NCBI GenBank assembly: GCA_964497535.1
Contig: CAZCCG010000002.1
Span: forward strand, 169,297-233,296
Direction: 5' to 3'
Length of the DNA stretch: 64,000 nucleotides
Source of the DNA: an uncultured Gammaproteobacteria bacterium
GTDB taxonomy: Bacteria > Patescibacteriota > Microgenomatia > Levybacterales > UBA12049
Part shown: one piece after another, positions 36,873 to 45,255 of the stretch
How the letters are laid out: each line of letters begins with the position of its first letter
Numbering within the stretch: position 1 is the stretch's first letter
The notes under the pieces: model-generated
Seen by the model: the letters and a program-made list of their open reading frames with translations, nothing else
Told to the model about the DNA's origin: nothing
Database searches by the model: none
Made by a program: the position numbers and the translations under genes

Positions 36873-38638
36873 TAAAACCCTACCTCCTTCATGACTCTGA
36901 TGCGGTCTTCTCGAACCACTCCCTGTTTTACCAGGATTTCCAGAAGCTGGATAACGCCGTTCATAGCGCTTCCATGCTCCCTTCGGAGTTGATCTCGTGT
37001 AGCAGGATCATCAGCCTCCATATACTCTCGCAAGAGTGCTTCAAGACTGCTTAACGTTACCGCAACATCGCTTCCCTCTGTATGAGCCTTCCTCCTTCTG
37101 AGGCGCTCCTCAAATGCTCTTCCTTCGAGCATCTGTTGCAGACTTGTTACCGCGTTGTGTATCTGACCCAAACGCTCTGCCTGCTCGTGCAGTAACTGCT
37201 CGCGCATCTGTGCAAGATCTTGTTGGATTTGGGCTCGAATGGCTTCGTTATCTGCTGCTCGTTTTCCTCCCATAGCTAAAACTACCACCTCTGTTAAGGT
37301 TCTTGATATCTCAGCACCAATTTGCTGAGATAGTGCATGGACGAGGTTATCGATATAACCTCCTACCAAACCCCCTACAGAAGAGGATAACGATGGTACA
37401 GATGGTTCTAGTACAACCGCCTCTTCCTCCGATGGTGGCGGGAGTCGGTCTTCAGACGGTTCTTCCTCTTCGCCACTCTCGTCTCCAAGAGACGCGGGTG
37501 CAGAATCTACGTCCTCCCCATCCTCCGGGTTCTCCGACTTTTTCTCTAGCCACTCCTGATATTCTTGCTCCGACCAGGCTCGCTTCACTTCGCGAAAACC
37601 TTTTCCGTGTGCCACCCAGATAGGGGGCAACGTACAGGGATCCGCAAGTGGTAACCGGCTCAGCCGGTGGATGTTGGCGTAGTGCTCTGTGTTGAGTACA
37701 TCTTCGCCGTGGATGATCTTGTGCCATGTCCCCAACGGTATACCAGCTTCGTGTGCAAAAACCGTCAGTGACGTACCACGATTGGCAGGAATCCACTCCC
37801 GCAAATCGTGCATCAGGTCCTGGGCAAATGTCGGTGGAGGCGGTTGCTCTTGTAAAGCCAGCCACTCCTCCAATCGTTGTTCTGTCCACGCCCGATGAAT
37901 CAGGATGTGTTTCCTGTTATCCCGAGGACCAACTTGTGAAGGTCGGCCAGGGATAATCGTCGGCCGGGATTGTGGCAACCTCGTGAGGCGGTATATACGA
38001 GCATAGTACTCGTAGTCCTCCGCTTCAACGATAGACTCGCCGTAAACAACCCGCTTGAGCACATTCCAGGGTACTTCCAGCTCAGCAGACAACCTCTTGT
38101 TATCGTATCCGTGCTCACCCATCCAGGCGAGAATCGCCGTGGAAAGAGCTGCACGGAACTGCTGCGGAGTCAGCTCTTCCGATGAAGAACCACTCCTTGC
38201 AGCTGCAACTGCGGACGCTTGGTCCATGTCCACCTCCTCTTCAGTTCCTCCCTGTTGTGTGCTTCCTAAAACAGGACCTGCAGACGCAGCTTCCTGCTTA
38301 CGATTCTTCTCTAGCCACTCCTGATATTCTTGCTCCGACCAGGCACGGACTTTCCCCGACAGTATTCCACCTCTTCGCACATGTGAATATGCAATCGGTA
38401 GCCTACTCGGGTCAGCCTCTTGTATACCAAAGTCGTGATGAAGCCTGGCATAGACATCTGTTGCATCCAGGATTGCCCCTGCGGTAAGCAGCAGCTTTCC
38501 TTCGGCTTCAGATACCCCAAGCTCCTCGAAGAAATCTGGCTCAGATCGATGCTCTTTCTCAAGCATCTCCAGTACAGCAAAGGCAACCTTTTCTGCCCAC
38601 TGCTGTTCCTCGGTGGTAAACGCCAAGTTGACGTTCAA
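36872..38638 (-). CDS. Hypothetical protein with three tandem ~120-aa repeats (each ending R-A-W-[ST]-E-Q-x-x-x-E-W-L) and C-terminal coiled coil; translationally coupled to the GHKL ATPase gene
   Basis: Protein-level repeats RAWSEQEYQEWLEK (x2) and RAWTEQRLEEWLALQ; 37-nt perfect DNA repeat at 37543–37579 and 38308–38344 (765 nt apart, in frame); its stop overlaps the downstream start at 36872. Confidence 0.55.
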   Translation of the reverse strand: MNVNLAFTTEEQQWAEKVAFAVLEMLEKEHRSEPDFFEELGVSEAEGKLLLTAGAILDATDVYARLHHDFGIQEADPSRLPIAYSHVRRGGILSGKVRAWSEQEYQEWLEKNRKQEAASAGPVLGSTQQGGTEEEVDMDQASAVAAARSGSSSEELTPQQFRAALSTAILAWMGEHGYDNKRLSAELEVPWNVLKRVVYGESIVEAEDYEYYARIYRLTRLPQSRPTIIPGRPSQVGPRDNRKHILIHRAWTEQRLEEWLALQEQPPPPTFAQDLMHDLREWIPANRGTSLTVFAHEAGIPLGTWHKIIHGEDVLNTEHYANIHRLSRLPLADPCTLPPIWVAHGKGFREVKRAWSEQEYQEWLEKKSENPEDGEDVDSAPASLGDESGEEEEPSEDRLPPPSEEEAVVLEPSVPSLSSSVGGLVGGYIDNLVHALSQQIGAEISRTLTEVVVLAMGGKRAADNEAIRAQIQQDLAQMREQLLHEQAERLGQIHNAVTSLQQMLEGRAFEERLRRRKAHTEGSDVAVTLSSLEALLREYMEADDPATRDQLRREHGSAMNGVIQLLEILVKQGVVREDRIRVMKEVGF

Positions 38639-38862
38639 CGCAACCTCCTTCTTTTCTGTTTCCAGTTATCGTATAAGGTATTACATATACCCTCTCTCAC
38701 TTTTCAATGTGCTTTTTTATTCCATGGTAAAACCATTTGGGCACTCTATGCCCGCAGGTCAAAACATGGATAAGAATTATACTATAAATTGCATCTTGTA
38801 GTAAAGTCAGCAAGAGGCTAATCGATTCCCGGGAATATTCAAGAAGAGATCTTATAATACAA

Positions 38863-40542
38863 CTATTCGCTCGGAGGTATCTGGTAATAGTCAAAAAGCT
38901 TGCGGGAGATGTCGAAAAATAACGGCGCTGCAGTCTCAGCACCATAAATAGAGGTTGTCGGCCTATCAATAACAACCAGCATGGCAAATTTTGGATTATC
39001 GGCAGGAGCATAGCCGATAAATGAGGCAATTGTTTTATTTGGATCATAATGTCCTGCGATTGGAATCTGGGCAGTCCCTGTCTTTCCAGCAATTCGATAT
39101 CCTTTCACCCTGGCAAATTGGGCTTCCCCTTTATTGACTGCATTTACCAGTATTTCAGTCATGATCTTTGCTGTTTTGGAAGATATGGGGGTACTGAGTG
39201 TTTTTGGAGGAATATCAATTGTTTCCCCATCAGGAGTTTTAATCTGAGAAACAATATGCGGCTCCATCCGGATCCCATCATTGGCAAGCGCGGAAAAAGC
39301 ACTCAGTAGTTCTATCGGCGTTAAATCAATTCCCTGCCCAAAACTCGCTGTTGCCACATCTATTGGATACCACTGATCTTTTTCTTTGAGTCCCGGCGCG
39401 ATTTCTCCCTGGATATCAACCCCGGTAAGACCACCGACGCCAAACTTTTTAAAATACTCAAGCATTTGATCGAGTCCCAATTTCCTGGATACGAAAACCA
39501 TTCCTGTATTATCCGAATGACGTATTACGTCAATCATAGTCATTCCTTGCTGATATTGATTATTCCAGGTATGAATATCATATCCTCCAACGGATACAGG
39601 ACCCGCACAAATATCACATGTTGTATCTGGTTTTACTACACCTGCATCTATGGCTGCAGCCATAATAATTGATTTGAAAGTGGATCCGGGCTCATATAAA
39701 TTGCTGACGATTGGATTCTTATAAAGATCTGATTCATATTCATAAAACCTGCGTTGATCAAAAGAAGGAAAACTCGACATTGCCAAAATAGCACCCGTAT
39801 GAGGATCCATAATCACCACAAGCCCGCTGGAGGCCCCATATTTCTCAACGCTATCCTTTAATTGATTGTCAGAAATATATTGCACAGAACGATCAATACT
39901 TAAAGTCAAGGTTCTCCCATCAATCTGTCTCGTATTATCATTTATATACGCCAGAATCGGCCTGCCAAATGCATCATGAATTTCTCTTCCAATCCCACTC
40001 TTACCACTCAATTGTCTATCATAATATCCTTCAAGACCGAAATAACCTTTATCATTGCCTTCATCATCTTTACCGACAAAACCGGTCAGTTGGGCAGCCA
40101 GAGACGCTTCAGGATAAAAACGGACAGATAATTCTTCAAACCCAATTCCCGTTAGCTTTAATTTTTCAATTTCTTCTTTTTCTTTATTGTCCACAGGAGA
40201 TGTAATGGGAACCCAAAATTTATCCATGGCTAACTTAGCACTTACCGATGCCGGATCTTGCTGGAGGACCTGAGAAAGGAGAAGTGTTGTCTGATCTTTA
40301 TTTTTTATTTCTTTGGGGTTTGCAAAAACCAGGTATGCAGTTTTATTCGCAACAATTGAATAGCCATCTGCAGTCTGAATCTCTCCACGATTCGGAATGA
40401 GTTTTATATACCGTCCATACTGAGATTGCGCCAATTCAGACAATTCTTCCGCTTTCACTACTTGCCAATAAAATAACTTACTAATTACAAGGAAAAAAAG
40501 AAAAACCAAACATATCAATGTCAAACGATAACGCCATATCAT
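38863..40542 (-). CDS. ftsI: Peptidoglycan D,D-transpeptidase FtsI (class B PBP)
   Basis: N-terminal TM, SxxK (GSTFKSI), SxN (HSDN), KTGT motifs; 559 aa. Confidence 0.9.
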   Translation of the reverse strand: MIWRYRLTLICLVFLFFLVISKLFYWQVVKAEELSELAQSQYGRYIKLIPNRGEIQTADGYSIVANKTAYLVFANPKEIKNKDQTTLLLSQVLQQDPASVSAKLAMDKFWVPITSPVDNKEKEEIEKLKLTGIGFEELSVRFYPEASLAAQLTGFVGKDDEGNDKGYFGLEGYYDRQLSGKSGIGREIHDAFGRPILAYINDNTRQIDGRTLTLSIDRSVQYISDNQLKDSVEKYGASSGLVVIMDPHTGAILAMSSFPSFDQRRFYEYESDLYKNPIVSNLYEPGSTFKSIIMAAAIDAGVVKPDTTCDICAGPVSVGGYDIHTWNNQYQQGMTMIDVIRHSDNTGMVFVSRKLGLDQMLEYFKKFGVGGLTGVDIQGEIAPGLKEKDQWYPIDVATASFGQGIDLTPIELLSAFSALANDGIRMEPHIVSQIKTPDGETIDIPPKTLSTPISSKTAKIMTEILVNAVNKGEAQFARVKGYRIAGKTGTAQIPIAGHYDPNKTIASFIGYAPADNPKFAMLVVIDRPTTSIYGAETAAPLFFDISRKLFDYYQIPPSE

Positions 40543-40838
40543 TGTTCAAATGCCACGGGCATGGTGTTATTCAAGTAGGTGATCTTCTTTTCATGGATAA
40601 ACCCAAGCTCGGCAGCAGCTGACGCAATATGAGAATAGGAAGTAAGGGTAAGCATCTGCTCCTCCAGGATTGAGTTTTCATGTTTGTAATATTTAATTTG
40701 TTCCTCAAGCTGTCCGAGTACTATTCCTTTCGTAGATAAGTTATTGGATAAAGAAATCTGAACCACAGAAAGAGAAACAATAATAAGGGTTACAAATCCT
40801 ATAAAAAGTATTGAACGTTTCATATTACCTCTTCTCAA
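40539..40838 (-). CDS. ftsL: Cell division protein FtsL-like (small bitopic protein)
   Basis: 99 aa, single TM + coiled coil, sits between rsmH and ftsI. Confidence 0.6.
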   Translation of the reverse strand: MRRGNMKRSILFIGFVTLIIVSLSVVQISLSNNLSTKGIVLGQLEEQIKYYKHENSILEEQMLTLTSYSHIASAAAELGFIHEKKITYLNNTMPVAFEQ

Positions 40839-41772
40839 AAACCCTCAGTTTTGCGCTTCTGCTTCGTGGATTATGATTTACTTCATCCAAAGAAGCTGAA
40901 ATTGCATAGTGAGTTATTACTATACCTTTCTTTGTTTTTTCTAAATCTTCAAAGACAAATTGTACAATTCGATCTTCCAAAGAATGAAAAGTAATTACAG
41001 CTATTCTTCCTCCCACTTGTAATAAGGATAAAGCTTTAGGTAATGCAACACTAATTGCATTCAACTCATCATTTACCGCAATTCGAAGTGCCTGAAATAC
41101 TCTCTTATTTATATCTGCCCTCATTTTCGGACTGATAAATCCTTTTATTCCGTATGCCTGCTGTATTACAAAGGCTAATTCTCCAGTCGTCTCAATCGGT
41201 TTTCTTTCTCGTGTTTTTACAATATGATCAGCAATCACCCGTGCTTTTCTTTCCTCTCCTAGTTTTTGAAAAAGCTCTGCAAGATCTCTTTTGTCCAACG
41301 TATTTACCAATTCCTTTGCACTTATCCCACTGCTTTGATCCATTCTCATATCCAACGCCGCATCTCTTTGAAAACTGAACCCTCGCTGGGCAGTATCAAT
41401 CTGATGACTGGAAATTCCGATATCAAACAAAATTCCGGCTACCTGCTCAAACCCGTTTTCTTTTGCAATCACATCAATATCTTTGAAATTTCCCCGCACC
41501 AGGGTGATAGTAGAATACTGAGATACTAAGATATTATGTGCTTTATCTTCAATTTCTCTTTGTATCTTAATATCTTTATCTCTTAATATCTTCCCAACAT
41601 GCGCGAGCGCTTCTTGATCAACATCAATTCCCAATACTATTCCACCCTTTTCTATAATTGCCGTAGCGTGTCCTCCCCCACCCAATGTCGCATCAATATA
41701 TCTTTCCCCAGCTCCTACTTTTAATGCATCTATTGTTTCTGATACTAAAACCGGTATATGGTATGTACTCAT
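40825..41772 (-). CDS. rsmH: 16S rRNA (cytosine1402-N4)-methyltransferase RsmH/MraW
   Basis: MSTYHIPVLVSETIDAL start typical of RsmH; SAM-binding motifs; the ORF-track start at 41856 would overlap mraZ by 88 nt, so the internal Met at 41772 is preferred (ATGA overlap with the mraZ stop). Confidence 0.85.
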   Translation of the reverse strand: MSTYHIPVLVSETIDALKVGAGERYIDATLGGGGHATAIIEKGGIVLGIDVDQEALAHVGKILRDKDIKIQREIEDKAHNILVSQYSTITLVRGNFKDIDVIAKENGFEQVAGILFDIGISSHQIDTAQRGFSFQRDAALDMRMDQSSGISAKELVNTLDKRDLAELFQKLGEERKARVIADHIVKTRERKPIETTGELAFVIQQAYGIKGFISPKMRADINKRVFQALRIAVNDELNAISVALPKALSLLQVGGRIAVITFHSLEDRIVQFVFEDLEKTKKGIVITHYAISASLDEVNHNPRSRSAKLRVFEKR

Positions 41773-42212
41773 CTCTTTTTTTCTCCTTCCTGTGTAACCA
41801 ACCGGTTTGAAATTACATGAATTGTTTTTTCCAAAATTCCACGGTACTGATACCAACGTTGTCTACTCCACAACTCAACATATCGGTTCATGCCCAAAAA
41901 TACTACTTCTTTTTCTACAGTTGCAAATTCTCGGAGATAATCAGGCAATAATAATCTCCCTTTCTTATCTATTGTTACAAAACTTGCTCCGCCGAGTAGA
42001 TATCGTTGTGTGTCTCGTATCTCCTGTTGTAAAAATGATCTTTCTTCAATTCCGCGCAGTAGTGTCTTCCACTGTTTTTGAGTAACCACAATCAACGAAC
42101 GCTCATACCCAAGCGTTACGATTAAATCCGAACCCAAATCTTTCCGTAACTTCTTAGGAAATGCTATTCTTCCTTTTTGATCAATCTTTGCGTCATACTG
42201 CCCAAGTACCAT
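41769..42212 (-). CDS. mraZ: Transcriptional regulator MraZ
   Basis: MVLGQYDAKIDQKGRIAFPKKLR duplicated MraZ/SpoVT-AbrB fold signature; 147 aa. Confidence 0.9.
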   Translation of the reverse strand: MVLGQYDAKIDQKGRIAFPKKLRKDLGSDLIVTLGYERSLIVVTQKQWKTLLRGIEERSFLQQEIRDTQRYLLGGASFVTIDKKGRLLLPDYLREFATVEKEVVFLGMNRYVELWSRQRWYQYRGILEKTIHVISNRLVTQEGEKKR

Positions 42213-42229
42213 ATAAACTCCTTATATAA

Positions 42230-42330
42230 TTACGAATGGGCAGAATAATGGGTCAGAGAGATTATTTATCCCACCTTTTCCCACTTCTTATCATTTTGTA
42301 ATATTTTTCACAGAATGTCAAGAGGTTTTC
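42230..42330 (-). promoter_or_regulatory. Putative dcw-cluster promoter with MraZ-box direct repeats
   Basis: On the minus strand: TTGACA (42317–42322 on the plus strand as TGTCAA), then GTGGGAaaagGTGGGA (42269–42286) with 10-bp spacing, plus two CCCAT repeats (42236–42252); these resemble the TGGGN-type MraZ operator repeats. Confidence 0.4.
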
Positions 42331-42410
42331 ACAGAGGGTTTTTATAGAACTAGAAACTCTTTTAATAAGATCCTTGACTTTTTATTGGTTCGCAATTATC
42401 ATACACAAAT

Positions 42411-42716
42411 ATGCCAAAGGAAATTATGTATGAAAGAGATTCCAGTTGTTGCCAGTATCAAAGGACTGAACTCATAATAAAAATAGTAGTACTCGCCTTT
42501 TTAGGAATTCTTTCAATATTCCTTTTCGTTCGTCCCCCCGTTGCCCATATATACTGTGAGAAAAAATCAGAACAACTCTATTTGGGAGAAAGCATTGCAT
42601 ACAAACAACTCCATAATATGTCAAAAGGCCAAGTTCTCAATGATGCTCAGTTAAAAGCCCTTGCAGCAATTCTTTCTTACCGCTATCAACAATGCCTTCA
42701 TCGTTGGGGAGAATAA
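42411..42716 (+). CDS. Small hypothetical membrane protein
   Basis: 101 aa, one TM; the only plus-strand ORF here. Confidence 0.4.
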   Translation: MPKEIMYERDSSCCQYQRTELIIKIVVLAFLGILSIFLFVRPPVAHIYCEKKSEQLYLGESIAYKQLHNMSKGQVLNDAQLKALAAILSYRYQQCLHRWGE

Positions 42717-42757
42717 AAAGGCGAAAGACCGTACGTGAAGAAACGAAGAGTACACCG

Positions 42758-43273
42758 CTATTCCACTGGATAGGATTGTTCTGCTTGATATACTTTTCCA
42801 TTATCTTGTGTAATCTTGAGAGTTAATTTAATATCCGACATAACCTTATCATATCTGCAATGGCCGGAAGAACACGTACCAAATTCACGATATTCTGTCT
42901 CCCATGGGTTAGAACCCTTATCATTGGGAAGTGTTCCAAAAACTGCTTGATTCACGGTACCGCTATCTCCCCCTTCTTCCGGGTTGGCCGGAATTGCATC
43001 ATAAGACATGATATATTCAATAGCTTGAATACCATCGGATTTGCCTACTACGAATTTTGCTGCTTTTTTATCATCCCGAAATGTAAATGTCACTCCCAAA
43101 TCAGACATTTTCATATTCAGGACTTGTTGAGTATCTCCACTTGAGGTTTCAGTCATCTGTTTGGTAGAGGCTGATTTCTGGGAAGAAAGAACAAATACTC
43201 CTCCACCAACCAAAAGAATAACTACGACTATTATTGCAATCAAAATCCTTTTATCTTTCACTATCTTATCCAT
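42758..43273 (-). CDS. Hypothetical membrane-anchored protein
   Basis: 171 aa with an N-terminal TM (ILIAIIVVVILLVGGGVFVL). Confidence 0.5.
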   Translation of the reverse strand: MDKIVKDKRILIAIIVVVILLVGGGVFVLSSQKSASTKQMTETSSGDTQQVLNMKMSDLGVTFTFRDDKKAAKFVVGKSDGIQAIEYIMSYDAIPANPEEGGDSGTVNQAVFGTLPNDKGSNPWETEYREFGTCSSGHCRYDKVMSDIKLTLKITQDNGKVYQAEQSYPVE

Positions 43274-43296
43274 ATAAATTATTCTACGTTAGTATT

Positions 43297-44613
43297 TTAT
43301 TTACTGTCAAGTTTTTCCTGTAAATAGGGTTGTACTGAAGCTATTGTTACGCGCTCCTGTTGCCCAGTATCGCGATCGCGTACGGTAATTTGATTATCTT
43401 CAAGCGTTTGGAAATCAACAGTAATACACCAAGGAGTACCTATTTCATCCTGAGCCGCATATCGTTTGCCAATATTTCCCCGATCATCCCAGGCAACCAT
43501 ATAGGTTTGCTTGAGACTATCGTAGATCATCCGGGCTTTTTCTACTAATTCGGGCTTATTGGCCAATAAGGGAAATATTGCTGCTTTATATGGTGCAAGC
43601 TTAGGATCAAGCTGCATAACTACTTTTCCATCTTTTTCAGTATATGCATCAATGAGTAAAAAGAGGATTGAACGATCTACACCGGCCGATGTTTCAATAT
43701 CCCAAGGAATATATTCCTCACCACTTATTGGATCTCTGTAATTCATGCTTTGATGAGAATACTCTTGATGCCGACGTAAATCCCAATCACCCCTATTATG
43801 GATACCCATAAATTCCGACCACCCCCACGGCGCGTTATATTCTATATCTGTAGCTGCACGGGCATAATGAGCTCGTTCACCCTCTTCATGGTCTCGAAAT
43901 CTCAAATTCTTCTTGTTCATCCCCAAAGATACATACCAATCCATCCTATTCTGTTTCCAATAGTCAAACCAATTCTTCCCTTCCTGCTCATCAGGTTTTA
44001 TATAAAATTGAACTTCCATCTGTTCAAATTCGCGGGAACGGAATGTAAAGTTACCCGGAGTAATTTCGTTGCGAAATGCCTTCCCAATTTGAGCAATACC
44101 AAATGGGATTTTGACCCGTGTTGAATCTAAAACATTTTTGAAGTTTACATGAACACCATTAGTAATTTCACCCCGTAAATATATTTCCGTTTGTTTCCCT
44201 TCAAGTACACCCAAATAGGCTTTAACCAGAAGATTAAACTGCTGCGGTTGTGTCCACTCAATTGTTATACCCGTATGGACATTCTCATGAGCTTTGATCT
44301 CATCAGGTTTATCAGCGCGGAATCTCTGATGGCACGTTTTACATTCTACTAACGGATCTGTAAATGCCTCTACATGACCTGAGGCTTCCCAAGCGCGGGG
44401 ATTCATCATAATTGCAGCATCCACCCCTACAATATCACTACGAAGCTGTACCAGTTCTTTCCACCATATATCTTTGAGATTCTTTTTTAGAAGTGCACCC
44501 GCAGGACCGTAATCCCACGTACCTGCCAAGCCGCCGTAGATTTCACTACCGGGGAATATAAACCCCCGCCGCTTACACAGGGATACAATTTTTTCCATAC
44601 GATCCTTATCCAT
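43297..44613 (-). CDS. glyQS: Glycine--tRNA ligase (dimeric alpha2 type)
   Basis: MDKDRMEKIVSLCKRRGFIFPGSEIYGGLAGTWDYGPAG matches the GlyRS (class II) N-terminus; 438 aa. Confidence 0.9.
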   Translation of the reverse strand: MDKDRMEKIVSLCKRRGFIFPGSEIYGGLAGTWDYGPAGALLKKNLKDIWWKELVQLRSDIVGVDAAIMMNPRAWEASGHVEAFTDPLVECKTCHQRFRADKPDEIKAHENVHTGITIEWTQPQQFNLLVKAYLGVLEGKQTEIYLRGEITNGVHVNFKNVLDSTRVKIPFGIAQIGKAFRNEITPGNFTFRSREFEQMEVQFYIKPDEQEGKNWFDYWKQNRMDWYVSLGMNKKNLRFRDHEEGERAHYARAATDIEYNAPWGWSEFMGIHNRGDWDLRRHQEYSHQSMNYRDPISGEEYIPWDIETSAGVDRSILFLLIDAYTEKDGKVVMQLDPKLAPYKAAIFPLLANKPELVEKARMIYDSLKQTYMVAWDDRGNIGKRYAAQDEIGTPWCITVDFQTLEDNQITVRDRDTGQQERVTIASVQPYLQEKLDSK

Positions 44614-44640
44614 GAGCTCATTATAGCAGATATTATATGG

Positions 44641-45186
44641 TTACTGAAGAAATCGAGGGATAAGACCTTTGCTTTTTAATTTTCGTTCCAGAAGTTGTTC
44701 AATATAGGAAGAAGTGTTGAATGTTTGCTGCTCATGATTTTGGGGCAAATATCCTAGTAAATGAAGCAAATTCCTTTCAAATTCAGAGAGTAAATCAGAA
44801 CTGCTTTGAGCTTTGTCCAATTTTGTCAGAGACTGATAGAGTAGTTCATAAATCTGGTCATGCTCTTGACCTTCCGCGCATAATCCATCGATCAACTCAC
44901 ACATATGATATGAAAATCCCACCTTGCGTAAATTTGTTTTTATATTCTCAAATGCTTCAATGGTTTGCGCTTCTGTAATGATACCGATACCATTTCCTTT
45001 ATGAATTGTTACTTCTACACTATTGAGAAGTTCTATATGAGCAGACCTACGGCTTGATATTTTTCGGACTCCGCTTGCTTTGAGATTTATTTTTCCATAA
45101 TCTTTAGCAAATAGTGTTACAAATCGATCTGCCTCTCCACTATTTCGCCGCCGAATGACAATTCCTTCTAGTTTGAATCGTTTCAC
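44641..45186 (-). CDS. recO: DNA repair protein RecO (short form)
   Basis: EGIVIRRRNSGEADRFVTLFAKDYGKINLKASGVRK is the RecO N-terminal OB-fold signature. Confidence 0.75.
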   Translation of the reverse strand: MKRFKLEGIVIRRRNSGEADRFVTLFAKDYGKINLKASGVRKISSRRSAHIELLNSVEVTIHKGNGIGIITEAQTIEAFENIKTNLRKVGFSYHMCELIDGLCAEGQEHDQIYELLYQSLTKLDKAQSSSDLLSEFERNLLHLLGYLPQNHEQQTFNTSSYIEQLLERKLKSKGLIPRFLQ

Positions 45187-45255
45187 TTTTCTATCATAAC
45201 AAGATAAAAGGGGTATTACAAATGAGCAAAACTAATAATGAGTAAACCGGGGAGT

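Noticed and set aside
32950-38750. Prophage or integrative-element interpretation of the GC-rich island
   Set aside because: No integrase/recombinase, transposase, tRNA attachment site, capsid/terminase/portal genes or flanking direct repeats could be seen. It is kept as a compositional island of unknown insertion mechanism.
38697-39092. 131-aa minus-strand ORF and 62-aa plus-strand ORF (38613..38801) at the ftsI/island junction
   Set aside because: They overlap the 3' end of ftsI or the island promoter region, have no motifs, and are probably spurious; the region more likely holds the island operon's promoter.
41772-41856. Long N-terminal extension of rsmH (start at 41856)
   Set aside because: It would overlap mraZ by 88 nt; the conserved RsmH N-terminus begins at the internal Met (MSTYHIPVL), giving the common ATGA overlap with mraZ.
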